Below are positions 58,560 through 64,000 of a stretch of 64,000 bases of DNA, one piece after another. The number at the start of each line of letters is the position of its first letter. Position 1 is the stretch's first letter. The stretch lies in the sequence record NC_018859.1. The stretch is one strand, 5' to 3'. The notes under the pieces were generated by a model. That model was not told where the DNA came from. It saw only the letters and a list, made by a program, of their open reading frames with translations, and searched no databases. Origin of the DNA: Escherichia phage ECBP2. The translations under genes and the position numbers were made by a program.

Positions 58560-58636
58560 TTTCTAATCCACCTGAAGGGTAAACCCTTTCATCTAATTAA
58601 CCTTTAAATGCGCCCTTTATCAGAGCGCCCATTGTA

Positions 58637-59737
58637 TTACAGCAGTCGTTCTAATTGCATTTCCAGATGGTCTGGAATATAACCAGTGACGTTATCATCA
58701 CTGCTACCCGATTCACGCATCAATGCAAACATGTGACGAATTTCACGAACCGTTGCGATTCGAGTGCTTTCAATCTGAGGGGTGTAATAGGTCATGATCT
58801 CTTCATAGACAGCGTTGGCATTACCACGAACATATCCCAAGAAACCATAGAAGTCACCCATATCACGCAAGTTGATAAGGACTTCACCATCAGGGCCAGT
58901 CTGTTGTACACGAACACGACCAACCAGAGTAACAGAATGTTCACGACAGAACAGAATATCACGAGCCAAACGATAACCACCAGTCAGGTCATCATCATTA
59001 GGTGTGTAGTCCAGAGGCAGATACTGAATCATAGGAGCGAAGCGTAGCTCATTCAGTTTCTCAACATATGCTTCATTGTCCAAATCTGCATACTCAACAG
59101 CCAGTTTCTTAAGAACCAAGAAGCGGTTGACCAGATTAAGGAGTTGGCTTTTCTTCCACTTTGGCTCTGAGATACGAAATTCAACAGAACCAAACTGAGC
59201 CAGAGGTAATAGGTTAAGGGAGGTGTACTTGTCCCAGCTATTAACAAGAGTATTGAAGAAGGCTTCACCATCTCGGTTGAACGCTGAGGAAGCATTCATT
59301 ACCTGTGCTTGAACAACAGCAAAGGCAGGACAGAAGTTGCTACGATAACGATGATATCCAGAACATTTGAACATCATCTTTTCATAGAACGTCCATCCAA
59401 GAATTACTTTCTTCAGGATATTACTATCAGCGTCACGCATATCCATATGAACGTGAGTAGAGCAGCGCCAAGTCCCTTCAGCTTCAGAGTCTTGTACTGC
59501 TTCACTCAGATTGTTAATAGCACTAAGCAATTCTACACCGTTGTAAGGCCGTGCACAAACCATCTCACAGCCATCACGAAGTGAACCATCTTCAGTACAG
59601 ACCCAAAGATCTGCATCAATTTCAGAGGTTCCTTCAACTTCCAGCTCGATGCCAATACCACACTGAAAAGCGATGCTTGGGTGCGGCTCAGCCAGACGAG
59701 CATTACGGTATCCAAAAACTTGTGCTACGGTTGTCAT
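58637..59737 (-). CDS. carboxylate-amine ligase (glutamine-synthetase-like, Amidoligase_2-type)
   Basis: CGIGIELEVEG, TEDGSL and CSTHVHMDMRD resemble the Glu/His ligand pattern of putative amidoligases. Confidence 0.55.
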   Translation of the reverse strand: MTTVAQVFGYRNARLAEPHPSIAFQCGIGIELEVEGTSEIDADLWVCTEDGSLRDGCEMVCARPYNGVELLSAINNLSEAVQDSEAEGTWRCSTHVHMDMRDADSNILKKVILGWTFYEKMMFKCSGYHRYRSNFCPAFAVVQAQVMNASSAFNRDGEAFFNTLVNSWDKYTSLNLLPLAQFGSVEFRISEPKWKKSQLLNLVNRFLVLKKLAVEYADLDNEAYVEKLNELRFAPMIQYLPLDYTPNDDDLTGGYRLARDILFCREHSVTLVGRVRVQQTGPDGEVLINLRDMGDFYGFLGYVRGNANAVYEEIMTYYTPQIESTRIATVREIRHMFALMRESGSSDDNVTGYIPDHLEMQLERLL

Positions 59738-60360
59738 AACGTTTCCACCAACTCTACATTATATGATGACAGATCTGAAGAAATATGCTTGAACTTCTCC
59801 AGAAGGTTTAAAGATTGACGACCATTGTCGCCGTTACCAGCAGAAAGATCAACTTGACCTACAAAAGCCCCTTTGTAGTAAACTTTACCATCAACAGGGT
59901 TAATATAGATGAAGCGAGTAACCAGACCTTCAAAGTCAGGGTTGAACAGGTTATACACCAGCTCTCCTGGAATCGAACGTCCCATTGAAGGAGGTGCACC
60001 ACGCAGCTTGTTCCCCATCAGACCCTTAGCTCGCTGACGAACAGGGTTGATATGAGTCCAGCTTACCATGTTGTTACCATGTTGCAGATAGCCCACATCT
60101 GGAGATTCCAGAATCAGGCTCTGATCAAACACAGGAATACCCTGAACAACCTGTCGCTCAAACTGCCCTTCGGAGTTCTTAGACCAGCGTTCAACTTCAA
60201 AGGTTAAGGCCATTTCGGCTTCGTGAGAGAAGTCGTCTTCCCCAAAGCGGTTTGGTTGGGTTACGTTAAGCACATACAGAGGGAGATTAATCCCTCGTTC
60301 TGCGCGTTGGGCAATCCATGTTCCGCAATAATAATGCTGAAAATCTCTTAACAGGCTCAC
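59734..60360 (-). CDS. hypothetical protein
   Basis: 208 aa; apparent GTG start after AGGTG. Confidence 0.4.
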   Translation of the reverse strand: MSLLRDFQHYYCGTWIAQRAERGINLPLYVLNVTQPNRFGEDDFSHEAEMALTFEVERWSKNSEGQFERQVVQGIPVFDQSLILESPDVGYLQHGNNMVSWTHINPVRQRAKGLMGNKLRGAPPSMGRSIPGELVYNLFNPDFEGLVTRFIYINPVDGKVYYKGAFVGQVDLSAGNGDNGRQSLNLLEKFKHISSDLSSYNVELVETL

Positions 60361-60369
60361 GATAACACC

Positions 60370-61176
60370 TTAGATAATCTGAAGTTGAGAGGAGAACTTA
60401 TCCGCTTCTTTAACATCATTGCTGTTAATGATGTTGTGAAGCTTTTCGATAGGCAAACGGGAGTGCAGAGACATGAGGATTTCCATGTCACAGCCCTGAA
60501 TAACCTTATCAACTTGATCGTAAACAAACTTACGAGTGGACTGTTCACCAATCCAGAAGTTCGACAGAGAACGATATTCAATACCGTAATCTTTATAACG
60601 AATCGCCGATGCCTTACCGTAAAGTTCTTTACGACGAGTGTCCTTGTCCATCACAACCGCTGGAAGTGACAGGAAGTAATCGCACAGCACACCCAGCATC
60701 ATCTGAGTCTGACGACTAATTTCCAGTGTACCAGTAACACCGAGGTGAACGTGACCTCCAGCGGTACGCAGACCTTTGTCTGTCGCTACCGGAGATGGGT
60801 TTTTCTGACCAGTGAAGGCGTTGAAATCAGGAGTACAGCCAAATACGAAGGCTGACGGGTGGAATGATTCCAGCTCTTCAGCAGTATACACATGAGAGCT
60901 AATCCCAAGCGCAGCTTCCATACCACGTTCATGGAGAACTTTGTTGGTCAGATCAATACCACGCTGGATGTTATCATCAAACGCTTCAAACCCTTTCTGT
61001 GGGTTAATATCAAATTCAGCCAGAACGTTGTCTTCTTGAAGACGAACATCAGGGGCCAGATCGATTTTGTTATCTTTAGAACAGCCCAGCTTACCAGCCA
61101 CAGAGGTGATAACACCAGAAGCAGTACGAACAAACATTTCAGGGTCAGAACCAATAAGGAAAGCACGCTTAGTCAT
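60370..61176 (-). CDS. second carboxylate-amine ligase-like protein (COOH-NH2 ligase-type, putative)
   Basis: FLIGSDPEMFV and AGGHVHLG echo the G.E.E ... H.H pattern of the neighbouring ligase; ATG at 61176 overlaps the upstream stop (ORF-track start at 61221 is a GTG). Confidence 0.45.
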   Translation of the reverse strand: MTKRAFLIGSDPEMFVRTASGVITSVAGKLGCSKDNKIDLAPDVRLQEDNVLAEFDINPQKGFEAFDDNIQRGIDLTNKVLHERGMEAALGISSHVYTAEELESFHPSAFVFGCTPDFNAFTGQKNPSPVATDKGLRTAGGHVHLGVTGTLEISRQTQMMLGVLCDYFLSLPAVVMDKDTRRKELYGKASAIRYKDYGIEYRSLSNFWIGEQSTRKFVYDQVDKVIQGCDMEILMSLHSRLPIEKLHNIINSNDVKEADKFSSQLQII

Positions 61177-62119
61177 TGTAATACTCCACAAGTTCATCAA
61201 AAAGGGAAACAACACGGGCACCAGCTTCTTCTGGTGTCATTGAGGAAGGTACTGCTTGCATCAAGCGTTCAATAAAACTGCGAACAGTAATTCTGTCCAT
61301 ACGCTGATCTAATACTTCACGTTTATGGCCTGCACACATTGACCAGAGACGTAACCACTCACTCATACTTTCATAATAGTCAGGGTCTTGGTCACGACGA
61401 CGGGCCATACTACGAAGAACTCCGTCATTATGGTTTCGTACATAACCATCTCTGTTAGCGTCAATACCAAATATATTCTGAACCCATACGTTTTCAGAAA
61501 ATTCATCAGTTGAACAGACCAGTGGCAAAAATGCGATTGCACTCATTTCACCGGTAAAATAGGTCGCTGCTGATTCATCATCAGTATCCACATCATGTGA
61601 ATAATCCCAACGACCAAAGAAGTTACGACTTAAACCAGCTAAGCGTAAAGCTAAGCCGATTCGTTGTCGCTTGAGTAACTCTTCCTTGTCTTGAACGCCT
61701 TCCTGAAGGAACTCCATTCCCATAAAATCCCCATCCAGATAACTCCGGAGGGTCATTAATCCAGTAAACACCTTGTCTGCTGGATGGTCTCGAAGGTTCA
61801 CGGCAACTGAGTTCACCGAAGTGACAGAGAACATGTTTTTATAACAAGACATTGAGTTAAAAATGTCTGTTGCTTCAACTAAAGCTCTTTCGATATCTTT
61901 AGCTGGTGTGCTATAAAAGTTGTGAGGCCAGAAGTTAATAACTCCAATTTCTGAAGTTCTATCACGAAGGCTTGAGAGATTGATACTGTCGCCATTAATG
62001 TCTGTAACAGAATACATATGCTGACAGTTGAAAGTACCAAAACAAGCTCGCCCTCTGAACACTGACTCACCAAAGTCCTCTGATGGTGTTACCGGAGCAG
62101 TCGATGCGGAGATTGACAT
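61169..62119 (-). CDS. hypothetical protein
   Basis: 316 aa; RBS GAGG. Confidence 0.45.
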   Translation of the reverse strand: MSISASTAPVTPSEDFGESVFRGRACFGTFNCQHMYSVTDINGDSINLSSLRDRTSEIGVINFWPHNFYSTPAKDIERALVEATDIFNSMSCYKNMFSVTSVNSVAVNLRDHPADKVFTGLMTLRSYLDGDFMGMEFLQEGVQDKEELLKRQRIGLALRLAGLSRNFFGRWDYSHDVDTDDESAATYFTGEMSAIAFLPLVCSTDEFSENVWVQNIFGIDANRDGYVRNHNDGVLRSMARRRDQDPDYYESMSEWLRLWSMCAGHKREVLDQRMDRITVRSFIERLMQAVPSSMTPEEAGARVVSLFDELVEYYND

Positions 62120-62127
62120 ATTCGCCT

Positions 62128-63348
62128 CTATTTATTGAAGAATAATTTTTCCAAAATGTTTTCCCACTCTTCTGAGGGACGTACTGTATAATTACTACCT
62201 GTCAGTCCATTGGACATACTACTGATAATGTTATACATGTTGTAGCTTCGAGCTGAAGCTGTTTCATTGTTCCAGTTATAACCGAACACAATTTTAGCAA
62301 AAGATGTTTCAGATTCAGCCACCTCTCGGATAAATTCAACCAAGAGTGACTTTTCTGTGATGATTGGGCGGGTATCTTCCGACAGATGGCAATATTGAGG
62401 CAAAAGGATTGGCAAGAACATCGAGTTGTTCACTCGACAATCACGAACACCTTCACTGCGATAGATCAGACTGGAGAAGTCTTCATCACGCAGGTGGCCT
62501 TCACCTTCAGTGTATTCACACTGTCGCCATTTGGTCTGGCGAGGCTCAATCATCGTACTACCAACACCCACTGTATACAGAGATGCTTGGAAGATACAGG
62601 AATCGTAATCATTCCCTGTTAAAGCAACACGTTCGTTACCGAATACATTCACTGAAGAGTTGATCAGTCGGCTGAATGCAAGAGAGGCTAAAGGAGACCA
62701 GCCCTTCTTATACATCTTGTTCAACATTTCATACACAGCAGATTTTTCATCATCTGTATAGAATGTGCGATTCAACATCAGATAGAACAGAGCACGATCA
62801 GCGGGACAGCCATCAGTGCAAACACCCATGAACCCCACTTCATGCCACACCAGACATGAGTCAGAGTCTTTGTCCATAAATGCTGCAAAGGTTTCCATAA
62901 CAACACGATCAGTGATGTCAGGACGGTTGTTTTCTTCTGCCCATGTTTCCACATGAGAAGGAGGACGAGGGTCTTCATTTTCTAACCCTTCACGGAAATA
63001 CTGAGTAGCGATATATTCAGTATCACCATAACGTCTTACACCGTGAGCTGGAAGATGTGTTCCGGAGTTCCAGATATACTTGATTTCAGACATAGGCAAC
63101 ATATTCTCAAGAACGTTCTCTTCAGCAGTGCCTTGACGAACCATCATATTTTTACTCCACACCTTGATGCGGATATTCCAGCCGTAGTTGCTGTCATACG
63201 TGTTGTAGTAGTCAGGATCATCGTCTTCATCATCTTCATCATAATCACCACCCTGATAGTAACCTGCTTTAAGGAAACCATAACAAGGAGGCCAGACGGT
63301 TACAACATCTTCTGATTCTTTCCAGCTTTGAAGTGTTACAGGGAACAT
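62128..63348 (-). CDS. hypothetical protein
   Basis: 406 aa; RBS AAGAGGT. Confidence 0.45.
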   Translation of the reverse strand: MFPVTLQSWKESEDVVTVWPPCYGFLKAGYYQGGDYDEDDEDDDPDYYNTYDSNYGWNIRIKVWSKNMMVRQGTAEENVLENMLPMSEIKYIWNSGTHLPAHGVRRYGDTEYIATQYFREGLENEDPRPPSHVETWAEENNRPDITDRVVMETFAAFMDKDSDSCLVWHEVGFMGVCTDGCPADRALFYLMLNRTFYTDDEKSAVYEMLNKMYKKGWSPLASLAFSRLINSSVNVFGNERVALTGNDYDSCIFQASLYTVGVGSTMIEPRQTKWRQCEYTEGEGHLRDEDFSSLIYRSEGVRDCRVNNSMFLPILLPQYCHLSEDTRPIITEKSLLVEFIREVAESETSFAKIVFGYNWNNETASARSYNMYNIISSMSNGLTGSNYTVRPSEEWENILEKLFFNK

Positions 63349-63359
63349 CTTTTACCTCT

Positions 63360-63722
63360 TTACTCTGCTACCAGAAGGCCCAGAGATTTGCGAATGTAGG
63401 CAATGCTACGGAAGTTTCGGTAGTTTTCTTGGAAGCGCATTTTTTCGAATTCTGCTTCCTGAAGTTCTACCTCTGCTGCATTGTATCCTGCCACAGCCAA
63501 ACTCACCACATCCTGAGGTAAGGTATTACGACGACGAATAAGATATTTATTCGCCTTTAACTTGCTTTGTGCACGAGCCATTTTGGCCTTTGCCGCCTTG
63601 ATGCCATGAGCAATCCAGAGCAATTGCTGCTCCAAATCATTCTCGTCCATGCCACCCAAATCATTTGCTACTTTATGCAGCGTAGACAGGTTCACATGGC
63701 CTTTGATGGGGCGTAGGTTCAT
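63360..63722 (-). CDS. hypothetical protein
   Basis: 120 aa; RBS AGGAG. Confidence 0.45.
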   Translation of the reverse strand: MNLRPIKGHVNLSTLHKVANDLGGMDENDLEQQLLWIAHGIKAAKAKMARAQSKLKANKYLIRRRNTLPQDVVSLAVAGYNAAEVELQEAEFEKMRFQENYRNFRSIAYIRKSLGLLVAE

Positions 63723-63886
63723 AACTTCTCCTGTTTATCACATTGATTGGTAAGCCAGTTATAAGACCCTCTGTTGTTCTTGCTTAATTCACAAGATACA
63801 AAGGAAGTCACACGGGCAAACCCCACGGTGGCTAAGCAAATAAAGATTGCTGCCAATAAGAACTTAACTTTCAACTTATTATCCAT
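63719..63886 (-). CDS. small membrane/secreted protein (55 aa)
   Basis: ATG at 63886 follows GAAGAGG; hydrophobic KFLLAAIFICLATVGFA; stop overlaps the next start (TTATGA); below the ORF-track cutoff. Confidence 0.3.
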   Translation of the reverse strand: MDNKLKVKFLLAAIFICLATVGFARVTSFVSCELSKNNRGSYNWLTNQCDKQEKL

Positions 63887-63905
63887 ACAACCTCTTCTTT
63901 GAACT

Positions 63906-63930
63906 TAAAAAAGGACTCTCCTAAGAGAGC
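63906..63930 (-). terminator. terminator-like hairpin for - strand transcripts entering from the right
   Basis: On the - strand: imperfect hairpin GGCTCTC-TTAGG-AGAGTCC followed by TTTTTT. Confidence 0.3.
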
Positions 63931-64000
63931 CAAGCTTTAAGGCCAATTAAATAGATATCACCCAATATCTGTGGATAACCTGCTCTTAAAATATTCTATC

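Noticed and set aside
1-64000. tRNA genes, rRNA genes, CRISPR arrays, integrase or attachment sites
   Set aside because: No cloverleaf-like conserved tRNA segments, no spacer-repeat arrays and no recombinase-like ORF were seen; the genome looks strictly lytic, although tRNA detection by eye is unreliable.

Overview
The window reads as most of a tailed-phage genome (podovirus-like; the gene content is reminiscent of phiEco32-type phages, stated from memory and not verified). It has two convergent modules. The + strand (about 550..30750) carries the virion module: small early-type ORFs, terminase, portal, scaffold, a major capsid gene with an apparent -1 frameshift extension encoding an Ig-like domain, tail fibers, a GH24 endolysin, tail proteins, an SLT transglycosylase and a 1472-aa internal protein. 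Almost every gene has a strong Shine-Dalgarno. The - strand (about 30990..63890) carries the replication and host-takeover module: a T7-like primase-helicase, a T7-like DNA polymerase encoded as a separate exonuclease gene and a distant polymerase gene that appears interrupted by an HNH-containing intron-like insert, FEN exonuclease, SSB-like protein, ThyX, dCTP deaminase, thioredoxin-like protein, PhoH, a sigma-70-family factor, a spanin pair, four HNH endonucleases and several paralogous small-protein families. The most interesting region is the upstream part of the - strand module (53267..63348): an ATP-grasp ligase, a class II glutamine amidotransferase with a zinc-ribbon tail, two glutamine-synthetase-like carboxylate-amine ligases and a gamma-glutamyl-cyclotransferase-like protein among unknown ORFs, consistent with an uncharacterised amide-bond-forming modification system. 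No tRNA, rRNA or CRISPR array was found. All calls come from reading motifs in the supplied translations and sequence; no searches were run.
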